A DNA stretch of 56,161 nucleotides from Candidatus Hadarchaeales archaeon. Its GTDB lineage: Archaea > Hadarchaeota > Hadarchaeia > Hadarchaeales > JAWBSP01. The DNA lies in assembly GCA_038842485.1 (NCBI GenBank), contig JAWBSP010000005.1, positions 1 through 56,161 on the forward strand, in the 5' to 3' direction. Below the pieces are notes generated by a model. That model ran no database searches and was not told the DNA's origin. It was given only the letters and a program-made list of their open reading frames with translations. This document shows, in pieces, positions 40,059 through 49,672 of this stretch. The position numbers and the translations under genes were made by a program. The stretch's first letter is position 1. Each line of letters begins with the position of its first letter.

Positions 40059-41610
40059 TCCAAAAAGAATTCGGGAGGAGGCCCAGAAGGATTTCGAGAA
40101 AACTTGGCACGAGTCGGTGAAGCTCCTACCGGAAGGGGGTAGTTTTAAACTGGAGCGGAAGGGGAGCAGGCATCCCCTCTGGAAAGTTATAGAGAGGGCC
40201 AGAAACGCCCTGCTAGAAATGGGATTTTCCGAAACCGTTGTCCCCACCATCATCCACAAGCACGAGGTTTACAGGCAGTATGGACCCCAAGCCCCCCTCA
40301 TTCTCGACCGAATTTTCTTTCTCTCTATGCTGGAACGTCCCGATATCGGAATAGACCAAGAGAAGATTGAGAAGCTGAGGGAAATCTCCCCAGAGCTGGA
40401 GATACCGAAACTCCAGCAGATTCTGAGGAGATACAAGCTGGGTGAAATTTCGGCCGATGATTTGGTGGAGGTCATGATGGACGAGCTGGGATTGAGCGAG
40501 GAGCAGGCCAGCCGGGTTCTCTCCCTCTTCAAGGAGTTCACAGAGCTCAAGCCACAAACCAGCGAGATGACCCTCCGCTCCCACACCACGGCAGGATGGT
40601 TCACGGTGCTCCGAGAGGCAATGAAAAGGGAGCCTCTCCCCCTCCAGCTTTTCTCCATTGGGCCGAAATACAGACGTGAGCAGAGGCTCGATCCCTCCCA
40701 CCTTTACGAATCCTGGACCGCCTCCCTCGTGGTGATGGCTAGGGAGCTGGGGTTGAAGGATGGAGTGAAGATAACCGAGGAGTTCCTAGGGAGGCTGGGA
40801 TATCCACGACTAGAGTTCCGGTTCAAGCGTGCAACCTCTAAGTACTACGCACCCGGGACCGAGTTCGAGGTTTTCGTCAAACATCCAATCAGTGATGAGC
40901 CCATAGAGGTCGGGGATGGCGGAATGTACAGCCCCGTGGCTCTCGCCAATTACGAAATCCCTTATCCCGTCTTCAACTTGGGAGTGGGACTTGAGCGAAT
41001 AGCCATGCTGGAAACGGGGGAAACCGACATCAGAAGACTCGTTTACCCCTACCTCTACCTCCCAGCCTCCTTCACCGATGAGCAGCTCGCAAAAATGCTA
41101 GAATTCATTGAGATTCCGAAGACCCCAGAAGGCCTCCAAATTGCGGAAAGGATAGAGGAGGTTGCTAGAGAAAAGAAGGACGAGCCAAGCCCCTGCAGCT
41201 TCCCAGTGTGGGAGGGCACGCTGCTTGGAAGGAGGGTGAGGGTTGAAATTTTTGAACACGAGGAGGGGAAAAAACTTGTGGGTCCCGCTGGCTTCAACGA
41301 GCTTTACGTATACCAAGGCAACCTGCTGGGAATAGATCCGGGATGGAAGGAAGCACGGGAGGTGGTGGAGAGAGGGGTATGCGTGGGCTTGAACTATATG
41401 AGAGCCTTTGCCATGTTGGCAGCCAGGAGAATAGAGGAGGCGTGCGAGAGGGGAGAGAAATCGGTGGAGGTGGAGGTGAAGATGGTGAGGCATCCCAGCG
41501 ACATAAACATACGTCTAGAGGAGCCGTTCCAGTATCACATCAACTCCAACAGGAAGAGAGTGGACATCAGGGGGCCGGTCTTCACCTCGGTGAGGGCCCA
41601 GATCGACTAA
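40051..41610 (+). CDS. sepS: O-phosphoseryl-tRNA(Cys) synthetase
   Basis: VYRQYGP.A..ILDR.F, TLRSHTTAGWF, RREQ..D..HL, SKYY, NLGVGLER. Confidence 0.96.
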   Translation: MFDPKRIREEAQKDFEKTWHESVKLLPEGGSFKLERKGSRHPLWKVIERARNALLEMGFSETVVPTIIHKHEVYRQYGPQAPLILDRIFFLSMLERPDIGIDQEKIEKLREISPELEIPKLQQILRRYKLGEISADDLVEVMMDELGLSEEQASRVLSLFKEFTELKPQTSEMTLRSHTTAGWFTVLREAMKREPLPLQLFSIGPKYRREQRLDPSHLYESWTASLVVMARELGLKDGVKITEEFLGRLGYPRLEFRFKRATSKYYAPGTEFEVFVKHPISDEPIEVGDGGMYSPVALANYEIPYPVFNLGVGLERIAMLETGETDIRRLVYPYLYLPASFTDEQLAKMLEFIEIPKTPEGLQIAERIEEVAREKKDEPSPCSFPVWEGTLLGRRVRVEIFEHEEGKKLVGPAGFNELYVYQGNLLGIDPGWKEAREVVERGVCVGLNYMRAFAMLAARRIEEACERGEKSVEVEVKMVRHPSDINIRLEEPFQYHINSNRKRVDIRGPVFTSVRAQID

Positions 41611-42419
41611 CCCAGAAGATTTCTGAGGCTTTTCCTCGCTCTCCTCGCGGTGTCCCAAGGATTTTTTGGATCCCACAGTTCGGCAACCACAATCTCGGAG
41701 AAACCGGCTTCCTTCAGGCACTCCACCACGGGCTCCAGCCTCAGCCTTCCCTCCCCGGGAACTAGGTGCTCGTCCCTGTGCCCCATGCTGTCATGAATGT
41801 GTACATGCCTGATCAGGGAACCCACCCTCCTGACATCCCTAACGATTTCCCTCACCTTTCTGGAACCATATCTCAGAAAGGCATGCGGGATGTCCAAGGT
41901 CATGCCAATCCCCTCAGCCTCAACCAGCTCCCCCAGCTCGGGAAGTAGGGAATACGGGTTTTCTCTAGAGTTTCCGTTCTCGAGGCAGGGCTCCACACCC
42001 ATATTTTTGGCGTAGGGGACCACCTCCCTCAGGAATTCTCGATATAGCTTGGCCGTTCCCTCCCGCACCCATCTCGCGTCAGGAGCTGGGCACTTACCCG
42101 GGTGGACCACCAGCACCTGCCCCCCTAACTCCTTGCAGACCCTAGCGCTTCTTTTCACCCTCTTCACGCTCAGCCGCTGCAGAGTTGGGTAATAGCTAGC
42201 TGGGTTCAAATCCCAGAAGCTGGAGTGAACGGAAACAGCCAGCGAGGCATCCTCCAGCAGACCCCTCAACCTTCTCAAATCCGGCTCTTTCCTCCCCGGC
42301 ATGAAGTGAGGCATGTCGTACACGATCTCCACTGCCTGGTAGCTCAAGCTGGCGGCCGCCTCAATCGCCCTCTCCAGCCTTTCGCAGGTGAAGAGGAGGC
42401 TGGAAAGCCCTAGCTTCAC
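41607..42419 (-). CDS. Sugar-phosphate isomerase/epimerase (AP endonuclease 2 TIM barrel)
   Basis: VVHPG, LEN, D..H, HVHIHD, H..PGEG. Confidence 0.88.
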   Translation of the reverse strand: MKLGLSSLLFTCERLERAIEAAASLSYQAVEIVYDMPHFMPGRKEPDLRRLRGLLEDASLAVSVHSSFWDLNPASYYPTLQRLSVKRVKRSARVCKELGGQVLVVHPGKCPAPDARWVREGTAKLYREFLREVVPYAKNMGVEPCLENGNSRENPYSLLPELGELVEAEGIGMTLDIPHAFLRYGSRKVREIVRDVRRVGSLIRHVHIHDSMGHRDEHLVPGEGRLRLEPVVECLKEAGFSEIVVAELWDPKNPWDTARRARKSLRNLLG

Positions 42420-42465
42420 TTCGGGTTGATAAACCGTACTTTAAAGCCTATCCTCTGACTGAAAA

Positions 42466-43767
42466 ATGAGCGAAAACTCCGCTCTAATCGAGAAAATAGC
42501 GGTGATAACCGTTTACTCGGGCATTTTCGCCTTCCTTTTCCTCTCGAATCTCGCTTCGGACACGGACTACCCCTACCACCTCCACCACTGTTGGGTAGTC
42601 AGTCAGGGGTACTTGACATTCAACCCCTACCTGAACGGTGGTTCCTCCTTAACGCTTGCCTACGGGGGACCAGCTTACCTCATGGGAGGGCTTCTGTACC
42701 CCCTCCTAGAGAGGTACACGGTGGCAGCCCTGATGGTGGTGGGATTCCTGCTCCTCTGGTGGGGCTCCAACCGTTTCTTCCGTGAGCTCACAGAAAAACA
42801 CCGCTTAGCCACCCTCTTGGTTCTGCTCAACCCCCTCACCCTCCTCTACTTCCTGACCGTCAAGCTACCCTTCCTCTGGGGTGCGGCTTTCTCCCTCTTC
42901 TCGCTTTCCTCCTACCTCCGGGGTGAGAGGGGAAGGGCGGTCCTGATGGGAGTACTCGGGGCCCTTACCCATCCCCTCTCCATCGCCCTTCTGGCCGCGA
43001 TCCTCCTCGTCAGGTTTGAGCCCAAGAGGTGGATGTTCTCCTTCCTCCCCGTCTACACGGTTGCCCTCTCCCTAGACCTCGCGCTGATGGGCATGCGCTC
43101 CCTGCTCCCCCCTGCCTATATCCTCGCTCCCTTCTCGGTCTGCCTCCTGCTCGGTTCCCTCCTGCTCCTGCTCGTGCTCGAACCCAATGCCAGGATCCCG
43201 TGTATGCTGGCTTTCGCGGTTACTGCCCTCGCACTCCTAGCACACTTCCCCGACACTAGGTATTTCGAGAGGTTGGGCTGGTTCGTCCTCCTCGTCTCCA
43301 CACCGGTGATGGTGGAGAAAATTCGGTTGGCGCGGTTGGGTGCCCTCTTACCCCCCGCCCTGCTTTTCCTAGCAGCCGTACCCATAAGCTGGTCATTAGC
43401 TCGCGAGCGTTGGGACAATCCCCTCCTTTACGAGAACATCTCCACCGACAATCTGCTCTTGTCCGAACTCCAAAAAGGGTACGTGAGGTACTCTGGCGAT
43501 GGCTCGGCCATCTACTTCCTACCCATGGCCGGGGTCAGGTTCACCAACAGTGGTTTCTCCCCCCTCGAGCTGGAGCTGCAGTTCAAATTGGAGAACATGC
43601 CAGAGGGTTTCCTAGAACAGCTAAGAAAGGAAAACGCCAGCTTCCTCCTGATTTACCCCGAGTCTCCCGAGGAAAATTACGCTAGGCTTCTGGGTTTCCC
43701 GCTCATCTACGAACGGGAGAACCTCAAGATTTACAGAATCACCCCTGGAACCGGCCCTCAGGTTTAA
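42466..43767 (+). CDS. Polytopic membrane protein, GT-C-like
   Basis: D.PYH after TM1, P..NGG, about 11 TM segments, soluble C-terminus. Confidence 0.6.
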   Translation: MSENSALIEKIAVITVYSGIFAFLFLSNLASDTDYPYHLHHCWVVSQGYLTFNPYLNGGSSLTLAYGGPAYLMGGLLYPLLERYTVAALMVVGFLLLWWGSNRFFRELTEKHRLATLLVLLNPLTLLYFLTVKLPFLWGAAFSLFSLSSYLRGERGRAVLMGVLGALTHPLSIALLAAILLVRFEPKRWMFSFLPVYTVALSLDLALMGMRSLLPPAYILAPFSVCLLLGSLLLLLVLEPNARIPCMLAFAVTALALLAHFPDTRYFERLGWFVLLVSTPVMVEKIRLARLGALLPPALLFLAAVPISWSLARERWDNPLLYENISTDNLLLSELQKGYVRYSGDGSAIYFLPMAGVRFTNSGFSPLELELQFKLENMPEGFLEQLRKENASFLLIYPESPEENYARLLGFPLIYERENLKIYRITPGTGPQV

Positions 43768-43787
43768 TCTCTGGGGAAACCCCTCTG

Positions 43788-44552
43788 ATGGAAAGGATGA
43801 AGGTTGCGCTCTGTGGGGCGGCTGGGAGGATGGGGAGAACCCTCATCAGGATGCTGGTGAACGAGCCAGGACTGGAGCTTTCCCTTGCCGTGGAGGCACC
43901 TCACACACCGTTGGAAGGAAGAGATGCAGGGGAAATCGCCGGGGTTGGGAGGATTGGCCTTCCCATCAGGGGAGCAGAGAAGCTGGAGGAGTTGCTGGCT
44001 GAGGTCAAACCCGACGTGCTGGTGGACTTCACCGTGCCCCAAGCCTGCGTGGAGAATGTGAAGAAGGCGTGCGCTCGAGGCGTGGATGTGGTTGTTGGAA
44101 CAACTGGCTTGACCACCCAGCAGGCACGCGAAATCGAGGAGGCCGTGCGAAAAGCTGGAGTTAGGGCGGTTGTTTCACCCAACATGTCCTTGGGGGTCAA
44201 CCTGCTCTTCAACCTGCTGGAGAGAACATGTGCACGCCTGAAGGACTACGATGTGGAAATTGTGGAGGCGCACCATGCGACCAAGAGGGACGCCCCGAGT
44301 GGAACCGCCCTCAAGATGGCCGGAATCATTGAGCAGATCGCCGGCAAGAAACCCAAGATTCACTCCATAAGGGCCGGGGAAATCGTGGGGGATCATACCG
44401 TGATTTTTGCCGGACCCGGGGAGAGGCTGGAGATCACTCACCGGGCCCAGGGGAGGGAGGCATTCGCTTCGGGCGTCATAAAGGTGCTCAAACTGCTCAG
44501 GGAAAGGGGAAAACCCGGAGAGGTCCTAAGCACGGAGGAAATCTTCAGCTAG
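43788..44552 (+). CDS. dapB: 4-hydroxy-tetrahydrodipicolinate reductase
   Basis: GAAGRMG, VGTTG, EAHH..KRDAPSGTA. Confidence 0.96.
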   Translation: MERMKVALCGAAGRMGRTLIRMLVNEPGLELSLAVEAPHTPLEGRDAGEIAGVGRIGLPIRGAEKLEELLAEVKPDVLVDFTVPQACVENVKKACARGVDVVVGTTGLTTQQAREIEEAVRKAGVRAVVSPNMSLGVNLLFNLLERTCARLKDYDVEIVEAHHATKRDAPSGTALKMAGIIEQIAGKKPKIHSIRAGEIVGDHTVIFAGPGERLEITHRAQGREAFASGVIKVLKLLRERGKPGEVLSTEEIFS

Positions 44553-44941
44553 CCCCTGCCAAGTAGCACAATCCCGACGAAAATTATCAGCACCGCCACC
44601 ACTTTAAGGACCGTGAAGCTCTCACCGAGCATTAGGTAGGCGGAAATGAGGGTGGTGGTGTAACCGGTCCCTCCGCTCAGTGGGAAGAGTACCGAGACCT
44701 TTCCGTAGGAGAAGGCAACGATCGAGACAATCACGGAGAGGACGCCCAAGACGGCTCCCGTGAGGAAAACTGGGTTGAAAAAGATGGCCCAGTCAGCCCC
44801 CATCAGGGGATTGAAGGAGGAGGGCATGGCGGATTTTATCAGGGTAGGAGCCAAACCCCCGAAAACTCCGGCGAGGAGGGCGGTAGCCACGCCGAGGCCT
44901 GCAACCTCCCCCCTTTTCAGTCTCTCCCAGAAGTCGCTCAA
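44549..44941 (-). CDS. SMR/EamA-like 4-TM protein
   Basis: GKVSVLFP, LGE..T..K; TTG start overlapping the upstream stop. Confidence 0.75.
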   Translation of the reverse strand: MSDFWERLKRGEVAGLGVATALLAGVFGGLAPTLIKSAMPSSFNPLMGADWAIFFNPVFLTGAVLGVLSVIVSIVAFSYGKVSVLFPLSGGTGYTTTLISAYLMLGESFTVLKVVAVLIIFVGIVLLGRG

Positions 44942-45324
44942 CCTGCACCACCCGCGAACCCCAGCACCAAGATTCCCAAGAGGAGGATGCCCAAACCCAT
45001 TCCCTCCCTCGGGGTAAGTCTCTCCCCCAAGTAGAACCGGGCCACGAGCAGACTGGTAATGTACATGGCCGCCAGAATTGGTCCGCCTATCATCGCCTCG
45101 AGACCGGAGAGCCCGCTCAGCCAGAGGACCCAGCCTCCAAACCCGAAGAGGACCGCCGCTAGGAAGGTGAGATTGAAAACCAGCCTTGAAATCATTCCTT
45201 TGGGGTCCCTCAGGAATTTTTCGACCGAGATCTTCCCCACCCTCTCCGTGCACTTTTTGTAGAGGGGGGCACCGATGCCCATCAGGAGCGAACCGGCAAA
45301 GGCAAGTAGAAAAGAACCGATCAT
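44938..45324 (-). CDS. SMR/EamA-like 4-TM protein
   Basis: LGERLTPRE.MG...GI motif. Confidence 0.78.
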   Translation of the reverse strand: MIGSFLLAFAGSLLMGIGAPLYKKCTERVGKISVEKFLRDPKGMISRLVFNLTFLAAVLFGFGGWVLWLSGLSGLEAMIGGPILAAMYITSLLVARFYLGERLTPREGMGLGILLLGILVLGFAGGAG

Positions 45325-45440
45325 GTCGCCGGTCTCTTATGGATCGGGCAGTTCAGCCCCAGCCTGCACATCCTGCATTTCTCGGGCGGGGGCGGCGGGG
45401 GGAGGGGCTTGACCATGTGCCCGTATTTTCTCCTTGGCAT
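45321..45440 (-). CDS. 39-aa Pro-rich Zn-finger microprotein (not in the ORF track)
   Basis: MPRRKYGHMVKPLPPPPPPEKCRMCRLGLNCPIHKRPAT; ATGA overlap with the next gene. Confidence 0.6.
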   Translation of the reverse strand: MPRRKYGHMVKPLPPPPPPEKCRMCRLGLNCPIHKRPAT

Positions 45441-45484
45441 CAAGGTTCGGTTTTCCAAACTTTTAACGGTGCTCGAAGGAGAAC

Positions 45485-45817
45485 ATGGAGGCCGTCGATC
45501 TCGACAACGGCGCGAGGCTTGCGGAAAGAGTGGAGGTAGCGGACACCTTCTGGAGGAGGTTCAAGGGGCTGATGCTGTGCGGGAAACCCAAGGCACTGCT
45601 CTTCAGGGGGAGGAGGCTTCACGTACATACTTTCTTCATGCGCTTTCCCATCGACCTCCTTTACCTGAGAAGGGGGAGGGCCGTGAAGCTCGTCCACTCG
45701 ATCAAGCCTTGGAGGTTCTGCCGAGCGCCACCCCATTCCGATGCCCTGCTCGAACTGCCCGCCGGAACTCTCTACAAGTGCGGGGTTGAGGTCGGGCACA
45801 GGATACTCCTGAAATAA
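45485..45817 (+). CDS. DUF192 protein
   Basis: ADTFWRRFKGLM, HTFFMRFPID, LELPAG. Confidence 0.9.
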   Translation: MEAVDLDNGARLAERVEVADTFWRRFKGLMLCGKPKALLFRGRRLHVHTFFMRFPIDLLYLRRGRAVKLVHSIKPWRFCRAPPHSDALLELPAGTLYKCGVEVGHRILLK

Positions 45818-45834
45818 ACCCGGATGATTTTTGT

Positions 45835-46974
45835 ATGGAGAAACTCAAGGTGGGAATCCTAGGAGCCACGGGCGAGGTCGGGCAGAAGTTCATCCTGAAC
45901 CTGCAGGATCATCCCTGGTTCGAAATCACCGAGCTGTACGCATCCAAGAAATCGGCTGGGCGAAGCTACGCTGAGGCTCTGGGCTTCGGGACCGATTCCT
46001 CGCGATGGTTCCACAGGAAAACCCCGAGGGACGAGATATTGGAGCTAGAGGTTTTAGACTTGGAGGAGAGCCCGAAAGGTGAGGCGGATTTCTTCTTCTC
46101 CGCTCTTCCCTCTGAGGTGGCGCTGGAGGCCGAAGGAAAAGTAGCCAAGGAGAAGCCAGTGGTCAGCACCGCCTCGGCCTACAGATACTTCGAGGACAGC
46201 TTCACCTACCTGCCGGCCGTCAACGAGTCCCACGCACCCATGATAGAGGAGCAGCGCAGGCGCAGGGGGTGGAAAGGATTCGTGGTTCCGCAGCCCAACT
46301 GCACCACCATAGGACTCGCGCTATCTCTGAAACCGATCTACGATGCCTTCGGTCTGGAGAGCGTCATCATGGCCTCCATGCAGGCGGTCTCGGGGGCCGG
46401 GTACGAGGCGGTTAGGAGGTGGGAGGAACAGAGGAGGAAGCAGGGGGGCTCCCTTCCCCAGCCGCTTGAACAGTACGAGCCCTTCACCTTCGAGGGGAAC
46501 GTCATTCCCTACATCAAGGGGGAGGAGGAGAAGGTGAAGAAGGAAACCGTCAGGTTGCTAGGGAGGTTTGAGGGAGGGAGGGTCGTTCCCGCTCCCTTCA
46601 AGATAACCTGCAAGTGCAATCGGGTTCCTGTGCTCGAGGGCCACACCGAGTCCGTCTTCATCGTCACCTCGAGGGAGACCACGGTGGAGGAACTCAGAGA
46701 ATGTCTGCGCGCCTATCGGGGGGAACCGCAGCGCCTCGGACTACCCACTGCCCCTCCCCAGCCCATCTTGGTGTTGGACGAGGTGGACAGACCCCAGCCG
46801 AGATTTGACTCCTACCGAGAGGGTGGGATGGTTGTGTGCGTGGGGGGGCTGGAGAAGAATGTATTCGAGCGCGGCTTCCAGTATACCGTTCTCTCTCACA
46901 ACACCGAGCTAGGGGCTGCCAAGGGTGCGGTTCTAGCGGCCGAATATCTGCTGAAAGCAGGTTACTTGGGCTAG
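45835..46974 (+). CDS. asd: Aspartate-semialdehyde dehydrogenase
   Basis: GATGEVG, PNCTT, QAVSGAG, RVPVLEGH, HN..GAA. Confidence 0.95.
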   Translation: MEKLKVGILGATGEVGQKFILNLQDHPWFEITELYASKKSAGRSYAEALGFGTDSSRWFHRKTPRDEILELEVLDLEESPKGEADFFFSALPSEVALEAEGKVAKEKPVVSTASAYRYFEDSFTYLPAVNESHAPMIEEQRRRRGWKGFVVPQPNCTTIGLALSLKPIYDAFGLESVIMASMQAVSGAGYEAVRRWEEQRRKQGGSLPQPLEQYEPFTFEGNVIPYIKGEEEKVKKETVRLLGRFEGGRVVPAPFKITCKCNRVPVLEGHTESVFIVTSRETTVEELRECLRAYRGEPQRLGLPTAPPQPILVLDEVDRPQPRFDSYREGGMVVCVGGLEKNVFERGFQYTVLSHNTELGAAKGAVLAAEYLLKAGYLG

Positions 46975-47000
46975 AGAAAGCCGCAATCTTCTTCGCACAA

Positions 47001-47016
47001 TGTACAATTTTGTACA
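47001..47016. promoter_or_regulatory. TGTACA-N4-TGTACA palindrome upstream of the nurA TATA box
   Basis: tgtaca attt tgtaca; TTTTATAA near 47043-47050. Confidence 0.5.
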
Positions 47017-47074
47017 TTTTACTCACCGCTATCTCTCCCTTTTTTTATAAGGGATAACACCAAGGTTCGCTAAG

Positions 47075-48160
47075 ATGACCACTAGAGAATTCGTGGTGGG
47101 CGGGGAAGATCTGGACCGGGCACTTGAGGAGGTGCTGCTGAGAATCAGAGAGACCGAACAGAAACGCAAGGAGATCGCCTCCCTTCTTCTGCCCCTCAAA
47201 GAGCAGCCCCTACCCCAAGAGCTCGCGGGGGAGGCGCTAGAGAATTCCTTCATCCTGAAGGTTCGAAGGATCGAAAAGCTGGAGTCAAGAATCGCTGCGG
47301 TGGACAGCGGATTCTTGGGGGAGGAACTCCATACTCTCGATCTGATGATGGTGAGGGCGGTGGCGGTAATCTTCCAGTACGACGGGGGGACCGAGCTGGA
47401 GGGAGTGGAGTATTACCCCAACCCGGTGCCCTCGGCCAAACTCCTCTGCTCGATGGAACCTATGGATTCCTTCGAGTTTGAAACCCTCACTTCCATCGAG
47501 CGCCTTTCGGCGGAGCTGAGAATGGCGATCGAAACTGCTCGCAAGTACCGGCCGGATCTGCTACTCCTAGATGGTTCGCTTCTCCCACGGTATTTCGACC
47601 CAGCAAACCTGAGGGGGGAGGTGGCGGCCAAACTCCACGCTCTGCTGCAACAGTACCGTGAACTCTACTCCCTCTGTGCAGAAACGGGCGTGATGCTGGC
47701 GGGGGTGGTGAAAGACTGCAGGAGCAACTATCTCCTGAAGTCTCTCCTGAGAGTACTGCCGAGGCTGGGAATCAAATTTTCGCCGGAGGACGAAGAGTTC
47801 CTAAAACACCTGAGGGACACCGTCTTCTTGGATTCCCTGCTTTCCGTGGGAGAGAGAACGTTCTCTTTCAAGTGTTCCGACGAATTTCCGCTTTACGCCT
47901 TCTATCTGAAGTCCGTTCCAGAGGACAGACCGTTGAGAATCGAGTTTTTGGGGGGTGCTGGAACCGCCGTAAGAGTGGCCGAGCTCGTGTATGCCATCTC
48001 CGCCCACCATCCCTCTTTCGCGGTTCCAGCCCCCCTCGTTGAGGCCGACCTACGTGCCCATCTCTTCAAGGAGGAGCTGGAGCTGGTGCACGAGACCCTG
48101 GTGGACAGGATGGGTTTCACCTCCCTGCTCGATCTGCGGAGGGAGAGGAGACCATTCTGA
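47075..48160 (+). CDS. nurA: NurA nuclease
   Basis: AAVDSG, E....A, LLDGS, GVVKD, P.PLVEAD..A. Confidence 0.9.
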   Translation: MTTREFVVGGEDLDRALEEVLLRIRETEQKRKEIASLLLPLKEQPLPQELAGEALENSFILKVRRIEKLESRIAAVDSGFLGEELHTLDLMMVRAVAVIFQYDGGTELEGVEYYPNPVPSAKLLCSMEPMDSFEFETLTSIERLSAELRMAIETARKYRPDLLLLDGSLLPRYFDPANLRGEVAAKLHALLQQYRELYSLCAETGVMLAGVVKDCRSNYLLKSLLRVLPRLGIKFSPEDEEFLKHLRDTVFLDSLLSVGERTFSFKCSDEFPLYAFYLKSVPEDRPLRIEFLGGAGTAVRVAELVYAISAHHPSFAVPAPLVEADLRAHLFKEELELVHETLVDRMGFTSLLDLRRERRPF

Positions 48161-49656
48161 TGGAGCGAAAGCCTGTGGGACAGGTGGTTTGCGACCTGGA
48201 CTCGCCTTCCCAGCTCTCCTTCTCCTTCGTGGTCACCGAGGAAGATAGGCTCCCCATCAGACAGGGGCAATTCGTTGAAGTCGAGACCGAAGAGGGCAGG
48301 GTGGTGGGAACCGTGACCAACCTCCTCAAAACCAACCGATATTTCATGAGAGCGGAGGCCGTCAAGGCATACGGGGAAGAGCTTCCATCCATCTACCCAA
48401 CAAGCAAGTGGGAGTATCTCCTAGCGCGCGTCCAAGTTCTGGGGGTCCTGAACGGCTCCGGCTTCGACAGGGTGAGCTACCCTCCCTCCCCCGGCCAACA
48501 GGTGTACAGACTTGAGGGCGAGTCCCTTGCCTCCTTCCTCGGTTTCAACCCAGATGGTCTGGAAATCGGCCAGCTCAAGCACTACAGTTTGCCCGTGAGG
48601 CTGGACCTCACGAGACTTTTCCAGAAGCATGTTGCCATCCTCGCCATGTCTGGGGCGGGGAAGAGCTTTTGCGCTCGAACCATGATCGAGGAGCTCCTGA
48701 AACGCGGGCCCGGAAGGGGCAGACCCGCGGCAGTTTTAGTGGATGTCCACGGGGAATACACGGACCTAGCGGAGGCCCCGGAGTACCAAGGAAGGGTGAC
48801 CGTGATCAGAGGGAACAAGATGAGGATCGGAGTTCCAGAGCTTAACGGGGGGGACTTCCTCGAGTTTGTGCCTGACATGTCCGAGATGCAGGCTAGGGAA
48901 CTGCAGCAGGTCATCAGCGAACTCAGGAGGCGGATGAGGGAGGGAGGAAGACCCTATGGTCTCAGGGAGCTCATGGACGCGATACAGGAGGCCGAGATGA
49001 ACTCCAACACGAAGGCCGCACTGCTGGCTTGGCTCTACAACCTACAATCCCTCGGCATCTTCGATTCCTTTGACGACCCGGCCCTAGAGAGTCTGCTCTC
49101 TTCGGGCTCGGTGGTAATTTTGGATTTCAAACCGATGGTCAGCCTCAGGAAGAAACAGATTCTAGTGAGCTACTTGGTCCGGAGACTCTTTGAGCTCAGA
49201 AAAAGAGAGTGCATTCCCCCCTTCATCCTCTTCTTGGAGGAGGCCCACCAGTTCGCACCCTCCGAGGACCGAGCCATCTCGAAGTCTGCCATAGAGATGC
49301 TGGCGCGGGAGGGGAGGAAGTTCTCCGCCTCCCTTGTGGTCATAAGCCAGCGCCCCGTGCGACTCTCCACCACCGTGCTCTCCCAAGCCGGAACCAACAT
49401 CATCCTGCGCATGACCAATCCCTACGATCTGGAGCACATCAGGAGATCATCCGAAGCCATCACGAGCGAGGTTGCCCAGAGCATCTCCTCCCTGCCAGTG
49501 GGGGAGGCCCTGATAGTGGGAGAAGCGGTCAACTTCCCCCTCTTCGTCAAGATAAGAAAACCAGAGCACCTGCCGAGGGGTAGCATTTCCTTCGAGGAAG
49601 CCAGCAGGAATTACGAAGCGCGGGAAAGCCAGAGGTTCGCCGACGCACAGTTCTAA
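48160..49656 (+). CDS. herA: HerA helicase
   Basis: HAS barrel, HVAILAMSGAGKS, D.HGEY, EEAH, AREGRKF, SQRP. Confidence 0.93.
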   Translation: MERKPVGQVVCDLDSPSQLSFSFVVTEEDRLPIRQGQFVEVETEEGRVVGTVTNLLKTNRYFMRAEAVKAYGEELPSIYPTSKWEYLLARVQVLGVLNGSGFDRVSYPPSPGQQVYRLEGESLASFLGFNPDGLEIGQLKHYSLPVRLDLTRLFQKHVAILAMSGAGKSFCARTMIEELLKRGPGRGRPAAVLVDVHGEYTDLAEAPEYQGRVTVIRGNKMRIGVPELNGGDFLEFVPDMSEMQARELQQVISELRRRMREGGRPYGLRELMDAIQEAEMNSNTKAALLAWLYNLQSLGIFDSFDDPALESLLSSGSVVILDFKPMVSLRKKQILVSYLVRRLFELRKRECIPPFILFLEEAHQFAPSEDRAISKSAIEMLAREGRKFSASLVVISQRPVRLSTTVLSQAGTNIILRMTNPYDLEHIRRSSEAITSEVAQSISSLPVGEALIVGEAVNFPLFVKIRKPEHLPRGSISFEEASRNYEARESQRFADAQF

Positions 49657-49672
49657 CGCGAGCGTTCTTCCT

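Noticed and set aside
44942-45253. N-terminal extension making a 234-aa ORF
   Set aside because: Overlaps the upstream 4-TM gene; the TTG at 44941 with stop overlap is the better start
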